This document shows, one piece after another, positions 1 to 12,898 of a stretch of DNA of 64,000 nucleotides. The stretch comes from Sphagnum compactum. Its lineage: Eukaryota. The stretch spans positions 620,001-684,000 of the forward strand of contig OZ234493.1 of the NCBI GenBank assembly GCA_965153455.1. The letters are read 5' to 3'. The notes beneath the pieces were generated by a model. It was given only the letters and a program-made list of their open reading frames with translations, searched no databases and was not told where the DNA came from. Each line of letters begins with the position of its first letter. Position 1 is the first letter of the stretch. The position numbers were made by a program, and so were the translations under genes.

Positions 1-6
1 GATTCT

Positions 7-1198
7 CTAAAAGAGAGGAAGTGCTTCCTTTCGGAACCAGTAGTCTTGGCTAGTGAGCTTTTCATCATACTTTTTATTGGCAATGATGTCTGTCACTTCC
101 TCCATGTACGCACCATTTTGAATGCAGTCAAATGTACGGAGGTTTAACCGTGTAGAATTGTAGACATCATGGAACATGTACACGTGGGTGAAATGTCCTA
201 CTTCTTTCATTAAGTGATACATGAAGTCTCTCCTGGTTGGATCATTCTGTGTTTTCACTTCTATAAGCACATTATGGACGTTATGGTCTTTGAACACACT
301 TTTGGAGCCCTGAATCACAAATTCTTCATAACCTTCAGTGTCGATCTTCAAAAGAAGAATATCCTCCTTAACAACTGCATCAAGCTGAATCAGTTCCACA
401 ATTTGTTTTTTGACTTTCTCTTTTTGCATTCCCAGCAAATGTTCTTGTCCAGTCAAGTTGACCTTATGTGTGCTCACACGGCCTCCTCCCCATCCCACAT
501 CCTCGATGAATTCGACTTCTTTTCCCTGTGCACCAAACTCAACAATTTCAAACTTATGATTATCTACAGGTCAATAGTAAATGCATAAATTCACATACTA
601 ATAAACCCTATGTTGTAAGCATTCATGATATAGTGCTCAATGTTGACATACATTGTAGACCTCATTGAAAATTTATTATGATGATCAACTCACTTGATGG
701 AAAATATGGTGCTAATGGGTGGGTAGTATTTGTATCAGTCTACCTCTTCACCAATTGCCATTGGGTAAACTTTCCAAAGAGTGTGATTTGGATCAAGAAG
801 AGCGGCAGTGGCTTCAAGGTATTGCCTTGGGTGCTTATTTGGTTCGAAGGATGCCACTTTACATCCTAATGCAGCAGCATATGCAGAAAAGTAACCCATA
901 TTGGCACCAACATCTACCACAAGAGGACCTCTATTGCATCGTCCATCACCAAGAATGTACTTGAAAATCGTGGTAAGCACGGGTGCAAAGTAGCCCAAAG
1001 GCCGAATGAAAGTACAAACATCACATCTTTCGCAACCATCACAAACAAACATTGGAAAGTTGGGCTCTGTCTGGGTGTCCACTACGTTGAGAGATCCTTT
1101 GCGATTGAATTCAGCAGCGGTATCAAAAATGTCATGAAGGACATCCACCAATTTACGCCGGTCATGTAGGCTGGTAGACTTGTCATCTTGGTTGTCAA
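7..1198 (-). CDS. FkbM-family (Methyltransf_21) SAM-dependent methyltransferase, last two exons (1198-744, 525-7); 5' exon not found
   Basis: Motif I VVDVGANMGYFS, VASFEPN, and LLKIDTEGYEEFVIQG typical of FkbM. Phase-0 GT-AG intron 743-526 joins ...AIGEE|GKEVEFIED. Acceptor AG at 1200-1199. Confidence 0.8.
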
Positions 1199-1388
1199 CT
1201 GTTCACACAATCCTCAAACAAAAAATCAAATATGAATTCAAATACAATGTACATGGATGAAGTGGTTAATGACAAAAAGCCAGATGTCTGTTATGATAAT
1301 TCAGCATCTTGGTTGTCAACTGTTCACAATCCTCAAACAAAATCCAATAGGAATTCAAATACAATGTACATGGATGAAGTGGTTAATA
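1184..1388. repeat. ~90-bp tandem duplication spanning the FkbM exon acceptor
   Basis: catcttggttgtcaactgttcac...tacaatgtacatggatgaagtggttaat occurs at ~1184 and ~1305. Confidence 0.85.
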
Positions 1389-3299
1389 TTCACAAAAACC
1401 AGATATCCCACTTCAGTTAATTAGACCACCTAATCAAATCTCCTTTCCTTCACATTCATTTCTTTTCACCAATTCTATTGAACTAACTTTTTCTCGGCCA
1501 TTTCCATTGACAGCTGAACATTTTCCAACTATTGTAACCTAAACAGTTAATTTTAAATTTAGTTAATCCAATTTAGCTTGATCTATTAGGGTTAACCAAT
1601 TTTAGTGTTGAATAATGGCCATTTTTAATCAAACACATTACTCTCGATCTACCAAGGGTTATCCAATTGTTACTCATGTGTCGTCACCCATTACATATTC
1701 CTTACTCAAATTGACAATCACCTAAAGGTCCATGTGCCCACCAATCCTTAGTTAAATTGTTAGATTTTCAAGAACGAAATGGGAAGATCATTCATCCAAA
1801 GCAACCAAAACAAAAAAAAACCATCCTAGGGTGTGTTTCATTCTGTTACCAATTATCAAAATTGATGTAAACTATGGATTCTTGATTCTTCCATACTTGT
1901 CCCCCACAACTACTTGACACACTAATTTCAAAACTCACATTAAGTAGACTAGATAGTCAGATATTTTACTAAAATATCATTTATTATTATCATATATTAC
2001 TTTAGAATCCCAAAATACCAAACCAAAAATTCACCACTCATTTGAACTACGGTCATACAAGTGTTGCAAGTCGAAGAGTCTTCAGATTTTTTGAACGGCT
2101 AGATCTTGTCTAGTAGATAGTTGATCTTAGATGCTTTGGAAAGATAGAGAAACGCTTTTCCAATGTGTTGAAAATTCAGTAAATTATTTTTTAAAATTTT
2201 AAATCATTGATTAAAATTATTCTTAAATTTTATTAATTGAAAATTTGTGCCATGAAATTTTAAACTTCCAACTTTTAAATGCTACTTCAGACCAACCAAT
2301 TTAGAACTTATCTCATGACACAGAGAAGGAAAACCTTGCTGACACATGACCTCAAAAATAATTTGGGCTCAGGTCAAATATATTGTTTGATTTGTGGGAT
2401 TTTTCAGTTATGAAAAATAGACAAATCTCACCATCTAGAAAAATTGCTAGTTATGTTTTCTACCAACCATGGATTTGTGACTTACACTTCTCCATGAATG
2501 CACACATTGTTGAACTTACAACTACTTTATGCTTTGTTTAAAGCATATATTGGCTTAACAACCTAGCCATGCACCAATTAGCTTTCATGCTATGACCAAA
2601 TAGAGGCAATAATATAGCACACTATTGGCTTCAGCAAAAAGAGATGGAAATGTTTAAAGAATTAAGCAAAGTAAAACCAAAAGAAATGAAGGTGCAAAAG
2701 AAGATGTTTCAGAGGTGTACTATAGTATGTGTTTAAAACTTAAAACAGTTTCAAAACAAAGTCCTTTAAGTTTCCAACCCATTCTTCTTCTACTGAAAAA
2801 GTGGTTCAAACTCCATGTGCCACCTTTTTCCAGGATTCAAAACAATGGATCTCTCAATTATGTTTTGGCTCTTTGTATTCAAAAAATAATTTTTCATGAG
2901 ATCAAATTCCAACTTTGAGGATAAGACAAGCTTGGATCACAATTTTCTAAGGTTGTTTGGTAACACAAATTTGCAACCTTGAAGACTTGATAGTACCAAA
3001 AAATCTTGATCAATGCGATTCATGTATATTTCAACATTGAAATTATGAGAGGAGAATAACATGACCTCATTTGATGTGTTTGAAATCCTTTTCCCTATGC
3101 AATAAATAATGCCTTCATTTTTAGGTGGGGATTTATGTGTGTTTGTAAAGTTGTCACACATTTTATGATTATTTCCAACTAGTAGAGAACTATAATGAAT
3201 GTTGGTTATGTAGCATTGTGTATTATTGTTCTTAAATGTGGTGTATAACTTTCACAATGAACTCTTGAAGTTGAAATCTTCACAATGTAACATTAAAAG

Positions 3300-4130
3300 T
3301 TAATTAATTTCATTTCAAATTGTAGTTCAAGCATGAACATTTTTATGTCTTCAATTTGGCATTATTACCATAGGTTCAACAACTTGTCATTTGGTATATC
3401 TTCTAATGCCCAAAAGCCAAAACCAAGCTATAAACACAATTTATCACTTTAATATTCAATGCAAACAATGAACATTAGAAGAAATCTTTTAACCCAAATG
3501 AAATGATCAATCATTCTTTCTAATCTAAAATGATTTGGGTTCAACCAACCAACATCTTGACATTGTTTTGTCTCTTGAATTCAATTACATTTTCAATGTA
3601 CAAATTTCAACTAACAAATGAATACATGCATCAAAATGGACAGTGCTTTCAAAAGAAAAGTTTAAAGAATACACACCATTCAATTTGTGAAGGTTATTTT
3701 GATCAATTGTTGTATCGTAGTTTGGCAAGAAAGTTGAGCTACAATCATACACAAACAAATGTAATTGTGAGCACATAACATGTGAAATATTTTTGAGAAA
3801 ATTAAGCATTGAGATCCTAGGAAGTTTGACAAGCACATAACCATGTTGGACAACACACAAGTTGCTTAACCTCTCATTCAAGTCTAATTTGTCAATTCCA
3901 TATCATCTTGCATCAAAATACAACAATTAATCATAAAATTCTTGAACTTACCGAAATGGTATCAATAAAATTGTCACAATGACAACTACGATCAAGTACT
4001 GACACATTGTAACCTTATAGCATTGGAAGCTAGAAACTCCTCTTGAAATATCTTGCCTTTGATTGTTAATGGCAAATCTATAACTAGTATTTGGTTCCAT
4101 CTTGAATTTTGAACATGTCCAACTTCCTCA
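3300..4130 (-). mobile_element. Highly degraded DNA transposon (probably hAT) coding remnant
   Basis: Fragment ERLSNL resembles the end of a hAT dimerisation region. Many stops. Confidence 0.3.
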
Positions 4131-4573
4131 CTTACTTTTTTCACTATTTATGTTAAGATCGATTGCGGACAAAGGTTTAACATGCCATGTTTGCCAAACA
4201 TGTCTTACATGTATTGCACGAAATGTGCAACTCTTATTAAATGGACTATGTGCACGTGATCGAATTTGAAAACCAAACAATAATTTTTATACATTGTGAC
4301 TTTTGTTAGGTGCACTAACTTTCTAAAGGTTTAAATATTATTTTATGCATTAAAGTATTACATTTGAATTTGCACTTGTCGAAGTTATTGCATGATTGGG
4401 ACCCTATAATAGGTTACATTTTGTGCCTTGAGTGTGTGCAATCAAAATTAGGACAAAAGCAAAGAAACAAGCCAAAAACAAGCCTCAAACATCAAGAAAA
4501 TGAAACACTCACCGAATTGAGGAGGAAAAGATTTGGAAATCAATTGTCCAAGGTAATCTTAAGACTTCCAAGT

Positions 4574-5376
4574 TGACGTGCCCACAGACTCCTTAAGGGA
4601 CCCAAATGTGGGTCCTAGAACGAAACAGCAGAAAAAGAAAAAAGTTGGGAACACTCCCTAACTCGTAGCACTTCGGGGGGTAAGAGGGCATGTTGCAGCT
4701 CTGGGATGGGACTAGGACGAACCCACAAGTAAGAGTTCATAATGAAATCAACTCGCACAACCAAAAAAAAAAGGCGATTAGTGCAAGTTGAATGAAAGTG
4801 GTGCGATGAGGACTTAATAGGGACAACCTCAAGCACAAGCTTTACACGGCCCACAACCTTTGGGAGGAGGCACCGTTCCCCTCCTTATAATATACTCTGT
4901 GCCTCTCCATGATGACTACATCAAAATGTCACTTTTCCTCGGAACTCCCAAGTGGGAGTCCCAAAACTGAGACTTTTGTTGTCCCAAAACTTTGAACGTT
5001 CATATCTTTCTTAACTCAAGTTTATTTTGAAAATGCTCCCAATTTGATTCCCACCCTTTCTTTTGATCATAACTCATGCAAATCGATTTTAAATGAACAA
5101 TGTGAGGGCATTTTAAGCATTTACATTTCAAAACCTTTCTAATGGTGTCCTAGGGGCCTAATTTGGTGTTTGTTTTCCTTTCCAACCAAGGCTCTGAACA
5201 TGTAACTCTCGCAAAAGTGTAACTCCCAAAGTGAAAGTGCACTTGGGAGTCATTGGGCTCCATCCTTTGCACTCTCACCCATGTTTGAGAATGTGTTTCA
5301 CACCTAAACACTTTCTTAGCTTCATGGGCCCTTGCATTCCACACTTAGTCGCGAACCCAATGTTAAGGTTATGACA
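4574..5376 (-). mobile_element. Solo LTR, 803 bp, with 5-bp target-site duplication
   Basis: TG...CA termini; CAAGT at 4569-4573 and 5377-5381; internal TATA (tattataagg on -); similar in inverted orientation to 30158-31015. Confidence 0.8.
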
Positions 5377-7890
5377 CAAGTTGCATTCTCACTTTGAAAT
5401 TTGGGATTCTTAAATCTTGGGGTCAAGGTTTGGAAAGCCATATCATGTCCAAATCAAATGATTGTCAACACATTGAAAACCTTTTTTAAAAATTGTGACA
5501 AAGTGAGCTCCAATTTTCAAATTTTTCTTTTGAAAGAATTATGTCCATTCAAAAACTCAAAACATAGATTACCAAAATCAATTTGGAGGGGTAATCGATG
5601 TTTGATTAAAGATCTTACCATAACATTGAGGAGCTTTTAACAAAATCTTATAAGATGGTATACTCAAATGTACAACATTATGTATAGTTAAGTTTTGAAG
5701 CAATTATTAGTTCCCAAAGTTGTAAGACACTAAAGTTTGTCAATTTTTAGAAAAGATTTTGAGAGCTCCAAGAATTTTGCCATTGGAATGTAGCCCCTAA
5801 ACCTCCATGAGAAGATGTAAAGTTTATGACATGAATTTATAGCAAGCCCATGACCCAATTTGGGCTCAAAACAACTATATTTGTGATTAATGTTTAATGT
5901 TAAATAATTCTTATGAAAAGGAGTCAAAAAAATGAAAATTCTAACCTACCTTATTGGATTTCCAAGAAATGAACTTGCGCCTATGTAGTACATAGGAAAT
6001 AATTTGCATCACTATCTTACCACAATTAATTTAAAATATATAAGAACTTTAGTTGCATAATCATGTTTGGTTGTTGAAATCTTTAAATTTTCAAATTGGA
6101 CCTACTAATTTTTTTTAGATCATTAAATATTTTTTCAAAATTTATTAATTATTAGTCATAAGTACTTAAAGTGACCTTTTTTGTATATTTGTGCAATTGT
6201 GGTGACCCAAAAGTGTAATGCAACTTGTTGGTTCATGTTTTAATCATCTCCCAATTCTTGCACTTTAATTTTAATCACATTTGGAATTAATCAAGAAATG
6301 TGCCTCTACGAGTTTTTAAAATTTCCATTGATATTGAAATCTAGAAGTTTATCATTAATACCATTCAATAAACCTATGTGGCATCAAAGCTTTCATAGAT
6401 ATATAATTTGGATTTGGTCAAAGCTCTTATGTAGTAAACTTCATCCACATGCTCCAATTTAAATAACCAAACAAATTTTGTTATACATTATTTGAACTGT
6501 GTTACTTACATTTAATATTATAAAGGTCTAAATGAACTATTTTACACTTAAATTTGCAATTGTTCAAATTATTGCATGATTAGGTTGCCTTTAGTGCCAC
6601 CACTATATGTTGGTTGAATACCTTTTGAACACATACCAAATGTACTTATAAATAGTTGTTATCCCAATCAATAAACATTGTTTTGTATATCTTTCAGGTT
6701 TTCATTATTGGTTCATACCTTATAGCTTTTGGAGCTTACAAATTAGCAATATTGTGAACAATATAACTAGCAAAAACATCTTGCAATATCAAACAACATA
6801 TTCACTATTCCCGTTATCTTGAAATTTTTGAAAAAGATGTTTTGGTATGCCTTGAGCACAATCCTTTACCATTTTAGATGCCATAAAATTGATCTAATAT
6901 TTTACTATCATCAAAGATGTTAGAATATTAAAAATTAGATTTGAAATAGGTTATAACACTTAGTCTATTTTTCATCCATGGACATTTCAAATTCCAAATA
7001 AAAACATTGTCCATTGTGTTATTTGAACCTAGATTGAAACTACAAGGAAAGATTGTTAAATGAAAACATTGAAATTCTTTTTTACTTAGGATTTTATGTT
7101 GGCATATTTACAATATAGGACATTTGAATCCTAAATGTAAGACCTTATGTCATTTTATGTAAGGAATGCAATTGTAACCCCACCAATTATGTAAAAAGTA
7201 TCACACCCCCTCACCTTAGAAGCATTTGTTTGTAACATGCATAATTTGTATAGATTTACCCACAAATTTACTTGGAATAATGCAATCAACTAAAGACTAC
7301 CAAAATTATTTTTATTAAGAAAAAACAAGAAAAGGAACAAAACTAACAAAAGAAAAAAAAGGATCATTAATGATTTCAACTTTCAAGTACAAGAAAACAA
7401 CCAATTATTGTTGAGGCGATCAATTGTTTCAATGAAAAAGTTGTTTTAAAAAAGCTCACATGGACTAATGCGATGTGAATTACACTATCTCCCCTTGGAT
7501 TTATTTCAAGAAACAATGAAAAAATGTGCATATTCCAAATCTTATTTTCAAAAGAAACCCAACAAAAACAAATGTAAAATTTTAATCTCTTTGATAAGGA
7601 ATTATTTTGTCAATCAAGTATGCAATGTTTTTTTTTTTTTTTTTTCCTTTCTTGGGATGTAGCTAAAATGACAATCATCCATAAGATGAGATCCACATCA
7701 CTCAAGAGCACCAAAAAAACTACAAATAATTAATAATTAATAAATAAACATACTTATGAGAGACACAAAAGAAAACAAGGGGACACCTCAAAAGAGGCCA
7801 AAGTAGCAATCTAGGACCTAAGACCTTTGCTAGTTGCATGAAACATATTAAACAAGGAGATGGGCGGGAAACCGAAAAAAGCACCCAAAT

Positions 7891-8182
7891 GGGGTTTTCA
7901 ATGGATGGTGCACTGAAGGTAAAACCTTCAGTTGTGGTTCATCCATAAGTGAGTCATAAATAAGGTTTTCAATGGATGGTGCACTTAAACCTTCAGTTGT
8001 GGTTCATCCATAAGTGAGTCATAAATAAGGTTTTCAATGGATGGTGCACTTATTGTAGAACCTTCAGTTGTGGTTCATCCATAAATGAGTCATAAAAAAT
8101 AGGGTTTTCAACGGATGGTGCACTGAAGGTAGAACCCTCAGTTGTGTGGTTCATAACTGTGGTTTTCAATGGATGGTGCACG
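7891..8182. repeat. Tandem array of ~65-74-bp hairpin-containing units (4 plus a partial)
   Basis: ggttttcaatggatggtgcact...accttcagttgtggttcatccataagtgagtcataa repeated at ~7893, 7963, 8028, 8102, 8161. Confidence 0.9.
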
Positions 8183-8589
8183 GATGGATGATGTGCTTAT
8201 ACGTGAACAAAATGGAACGTTCTCACGTTCATCAATGGTGGCACTTCTTGTGTGTGTACCAGCAAGGCCGCCGTATTTACACCTTCCCGCGCGCCCCGGA
8301 CCAGCCCCCCATGACTGTGCCAGTTGGCCGTTCTGTCCATAGGATGGATGGCCTCTGTTTTTCATCTGCCTCTTCCACCCTATGTTAACCAACATTCTAC
8401 CACAGTCAATTTTTTTTGCCTGCTGACCTTTGACCTTTTCTTTTTGGGCCAATTTTTTTTTACCAACCCTGACCTCCATACTACCCTCACACCTAGTTAC
8501 CCTATCAACCTACCTACTCTATTGACCTACCTCTTAGCCTTACCTACCAGCTAACAACCCAATCCCTTACATGCCCTCTCTATCTTTTC

Positions 8590-9880
8590 CTTGCAAAACC
8601 TCCATCTCCTGCCAAAACCTATATCTCTTCTTGGTTAAGCTTTCCTCTCTTGGCAAAACCTATATTTCTTCTTGGCTAAACTTTTCTCTCTTGGCAAAAC
8701 ATATATTTATTCTTGGCTAAACTTCTAACTCTTGGCAAAACCTATATGCTTATTAGCTAAACTTTTTTTCTTGGAAAAATTTATATATCTTCTTGGCTAA
8801 ACTTCTAACTCTTGTCAAGACCTATATCTTTTCTTAGCTAAACTTTTCTCTCTTAGCAAAACCTATATCTCTTCTTTGCTAAACTTTTCTCTCTTAGCAA
8901 AACCTATATCTCTTCTTCGCTAAACTTTTCTTTCTTAGCAAAACCTATATCTCTTCTTTGCTAAACTTTTCTTTCTTGGCAAAACCTATATTTCTTCTTA
9001 GCTAAATTTTTTTCTCTTGGCAAAACTTATGGCTATTCTTAGCAAAACTTTTAACTCTTGGCAAAACCTGTTTCTCTTCTTGCCTAAACTTTTCTTTCTT
9101 GGCAAAACCTATATCTTTTATTGGCTAAAGTTTTTTCTTTTAGAAAAATTTATATTTCTCTTCTTGAGAAAACCTATATTTCTTCTTAGTTAAACTTCTA
9201 GCTCTTGGCAAAACCTAGTTTTCTTTTTGCCTAAACTTTTTTCTTTTGGCAAAACATATATCTCTTCTTGGTTAAAGTTTTTTCTCTTAGGAAAAACTTA
9301 TATGTCTTCTTGGGAAAACCTATATTTCTTCGTAGCTGAACTTTTCTCTCTTAGCAAAACCTATATTTATTCTTGACTAAACTTCTAACTCTTGGCAAAA
9401 CCTATATTTCTTCTTGGCTAAAGTTTGATCTCTTAGCAAAACCTATATCTCTTTTTAGCTAAACTTCTTTCTTGGCAAAACCTATAGTTCTTCTTGGCTA
9501 AATTATTCTCTTTTGGCAAAACCTATATCTTTTCTTGGTTAAATTTTTTCCCCTTAACAAAACTTATACCTCTTTTTGGCTAAACTTCTAATTTTTGGCA
9601 AAACCTATATCTCTCAACTAAACCTTAACCTATGAACAAAACATTTTTATTCGTTGGCTAAACTCCTATCTCCCAACAATTCTTTTATACCCATTTTGGC
9701 TAAACATATACGTTTCAACTAAACGTTTATTTCTTTTTGGTTAAACCCCTATCGCTTAACATAATCTCTTTATGTATTAAGTAAAATTTTACCTTTCAAC
9801 AAAACCTTTCTATATTTTGGTTAAACTTATATTTATTGGTAATACCTTTCTATTTTTAAATTAAACCTTTATTATTCTAA
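8590..9880. repeat. 41-bp minisatellite (22+19-bp related subunits), roughly 30 units, decaying to the right
   Basis: Consensus ttggcaaaacctatatctcttc-ttggctaaacttttctctc. Confidence 0.95.
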
Positions 9881-10112
9881 CAGGAAAAAAAAAATAATGG
9901 AATCCACAAGGTGTAAAATGAACTTTGGTATATATTTTTACAAAAATCAATCAAGGTCATAAAAAATAATGTTGATTTTAGTTAGAACAAATAACTAAAG
10001 AGGTAAGAAAAAAAATAAAATTTCTTGTATTTCTCATGATTATTTAATTCAATCATTTAAATCATAAAAAAATTAATGTAAAACATATGGCTTTTATAGG
10101 GGGGTTAAATTT

Positions 10113-10224
10113 ACATATATAAAGGTTGAAGGTTTAGATTTTGGGCATTACAATACTCATGTCAACCTATGGAATACAACAAGGTTGTAATGCCCAAAAC
10201 CTAAACCCTCAACCTTTATATGTG
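10113..10224. repeat. ~40-bp inverted repeat with ~30-nt loop (hairpin/MITE-like)
   Basis: catatataaaggttgaaggtttagattttgggcattacaa ... ttgtaatgcccaaaacctaaaccctcaacctttatatgtg. Confidence 0.85.
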
Positions 10225-10374
10225 ACTTATGTACAAGGTTCTGTTTCTTTTCACCAAGTACATTTGTTGCACATGTTAATGAATCTAAAACTTTCATTAT
10301 AACCCCATGTTGCATTACCTACATCCACTGAAGGAAGTCTTCATTATGAAAACAACAACAAAAATAGTACTCAA

Positions 10375-10790
10375 TGTTGAGGAGAAAGTCTAGGAGATGG
10401 CCAAGGAGAAGATAGTGGAAGAGAAAACCAAGAAGATGGTTGAAGAAAAAAATGTTTGAGAAAGAGTTGAAGAGTTGAAAGACCACCAAGGAAAAAATCT
10501 ATGGGGAAAAAGTTCGAAAGATGGCCGAACCAGATAAAAACATCAAGGAAAAGAACACTGGAGAAAAAACTAGAAAGATAACCAAAGAAAAGAATGTCCA
10601 AGAAAGAGCTACGAAGATGGTCGACGAGAAAAACATCACGCAAAGAGCTAAGGAAACAACTGGGGAAAAAAACACCAAGGAGAAAATCAAAGAGAAGGTC
10701 AAGGAGATAGCTATTGAGATGGTTAAAGAGAAGAAACCAAGGGAGATGGTTATGTATGTTTCTGAATATATTCCCAAGTACACCACCTAG
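10375..10790 (+). other. Degenerate Lys/Glu-rich repetitive coding-like tract (~39-bp period), probably a TE ORF fossil
   Basis: ORF 10521-10790 with KEKNTGEK/KEKNVQER/DEKNITQR repeats; stops and frameshifts in the flanks. Confidence 0.4.
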
Positions 10791-12809
10791 AAGTTTGCCA
10801 AGGAAACGGCTGAACATACGACCAAAAAGATGGTTATAGATCCAGCTAGTGTGGAGGTCATGAATGAAGTCTTCCACAAATTTGTTCATACTTAGGGTAG
10901 AAGTGTTGGGAGCCCTCTAGTATTCTGAGATTCAAAGCATCCTATCACTAGCTGTTGCCATACCCAATGTGGAAGTTTCCACACATCAAGGCATTTGAAA
11001 AAAACACCCCAATAATGATATGCAATGCCTTGTAGAATTTCTATCCTCCATCATTGGAGCCAGTGGTACTCCACTTTGTCTTGAAACCATTGAGTTGACC
11101 TTGTCGACACCCTAACTAACACCTTGTGCACCTTAAAGAGTTTTCATTAAATTGTCCTCGCCTAACAACAAACAAAAAATAACCACCAAATTGACAAGTG
11201 CTACAAGTCCTAGCAAAAAACACATTGATGTAATATTTAATGCACACATGCACGCTTTTAAAAAGTAGTTACACTTGTAAGCAAATGAAATCCAAGGCCC
11301 ACAACCATAGACTTGCTTGCGTTAATTCTAGTTCATCTTGCACAATCGCCTCTTGATCTCCCCGTGGTTTGGAGCACTACAAGAAAACAAGGTTTTTTAA
11401 CTCAGAAAATTGGTCAAAAGGTACCCCAAATGGCCCTTGTCCAACTTGACCAAAGTGCCATCTTGGACAAGTCGTTTTGGACCTAGCCATTTTGATTGTA
11501 TCTTTTTTATGGTCTTTCTGGTTGGTTTTTTTCACTATCTTCTTTATTAGTCAACAATATTTTGACATCAATTATATATTATTTAATTTTGAAATAATAA
11601 TATATAACATATAAAAATATAATATATAATAATCATATGAATTAATAAATTTAGCTACCTACATTACCTTATAATTAATGTACAAACTAAAACATAATAA
11701 TTTACCTACCTATTGATGTTATTTAGCCTAGGCTAGTTATTTAAGCCATGCAAAGCCAAGGTGGCCTAGGTATGTAGCCAATGTTACATGTATGAAGACT
11801 TGAACTCCTCACCTTCACTTTGGGGAATCAAGTCCTTACCATTTCAAAAGTTGAAAAACTTTTGTCCTCATATGTAATAAACTTGATTGAATTTTTTGTT
11901 TTGATGTACATATTGTAACATTCATCAATGAACTTCAATATTTTTGTAGTACTTATCTAAGTAAGAAGTTATACCATGTACCAAGTATTTACCTAGATAA
12001 CATGGAAGTACCTACGCCTAATAAGTTATTACATGTTATTAATTCAATTAATAATTAATAAATAAAAATAAGTAGCAATGTTTGATTAATTACAATACAT
12101 TATAAATAAATAAATAAAATCAATGATTAATAATTGATTATTTCCTATTAATTACTAAATATTAGATATCAATTAATGATTATTTATAGTTAAATAATTG
12201 TTATTCAATTAAATATTTCTTATGAAGTATTAAGTATTAAAATTAAATAATATTAATTTAATATTAATTACTGATTTCTAAATTCTAAATTATTGGTATG
12301 ATTATTTAATAAATATTTATTAATTATCTACTGTTTATTATTTATTACTAATTATTGACTACTAATAATTAGAATAAATTATTATCAATTATTTTCCAAA
12401 AAATAGATAAATTTGATAAATCAATAATAATAAATTAATCAGTCAACAACTCGATGGATAAATTAGTTATTGGTTATTAATTATCATTTATTTGATGATT
12501 AATTAATTATATAAAATATTAATCATAGATATTGATTATTAAATATTAATTAATTAATGTACTAAGTTTAAGTATATGCATGCCTAAAGGTAGAATGTAG
12601 ATAGCCTATTAAACTTTTCAAATACTTACTAAGTGTAATATGCCCAACCTAAGGCCTATTAACTATGAACTTAAGTTCAATATGTATCATAGGCAAAATA
12701 AATTTATAAGTTAAGTAACCAAATTAGTATGGTTGATTTGACTAAATGTCGAATTAAAATGGCCAATTTGCCTAATTGTCAATCATAATGGTCATTGAAT
12801 ATGATGAAT

Positions 12810-12898
12810 TTGACTAAGCCTTAGTCATCTTCATGAACCTCTAACCATTTTGACCAAGCCTTGGTCATCTTCATGAACCTCTAACCATTTTGACTAAA
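12810..12898. repeat. 39-bp tandem duplication
   Basis: ttgac(t/c)aagcctt(a/g)gtcatcttcatgaacctctaaccatt x2. Confidence 0.9.

Noticed and set aside
6000..7150. Possible Helitron helicase or other TE coding fossil
   Set aside because: Too decayed to recover a diagnostic motif by eye; needs translated HMM search
8590..9880. CRISPR-like appearance of the regular array
   Set aside because: No unique spacers, units are contiguous variants of one consensus, no cas genes, eukaryotic context
11785..11845. tRNA/SINE-like remnant on - strand (TGGTAAGG...GAGTTCAAGTC)
   Set aside because: No complete cloverleaf; too degenerate to call
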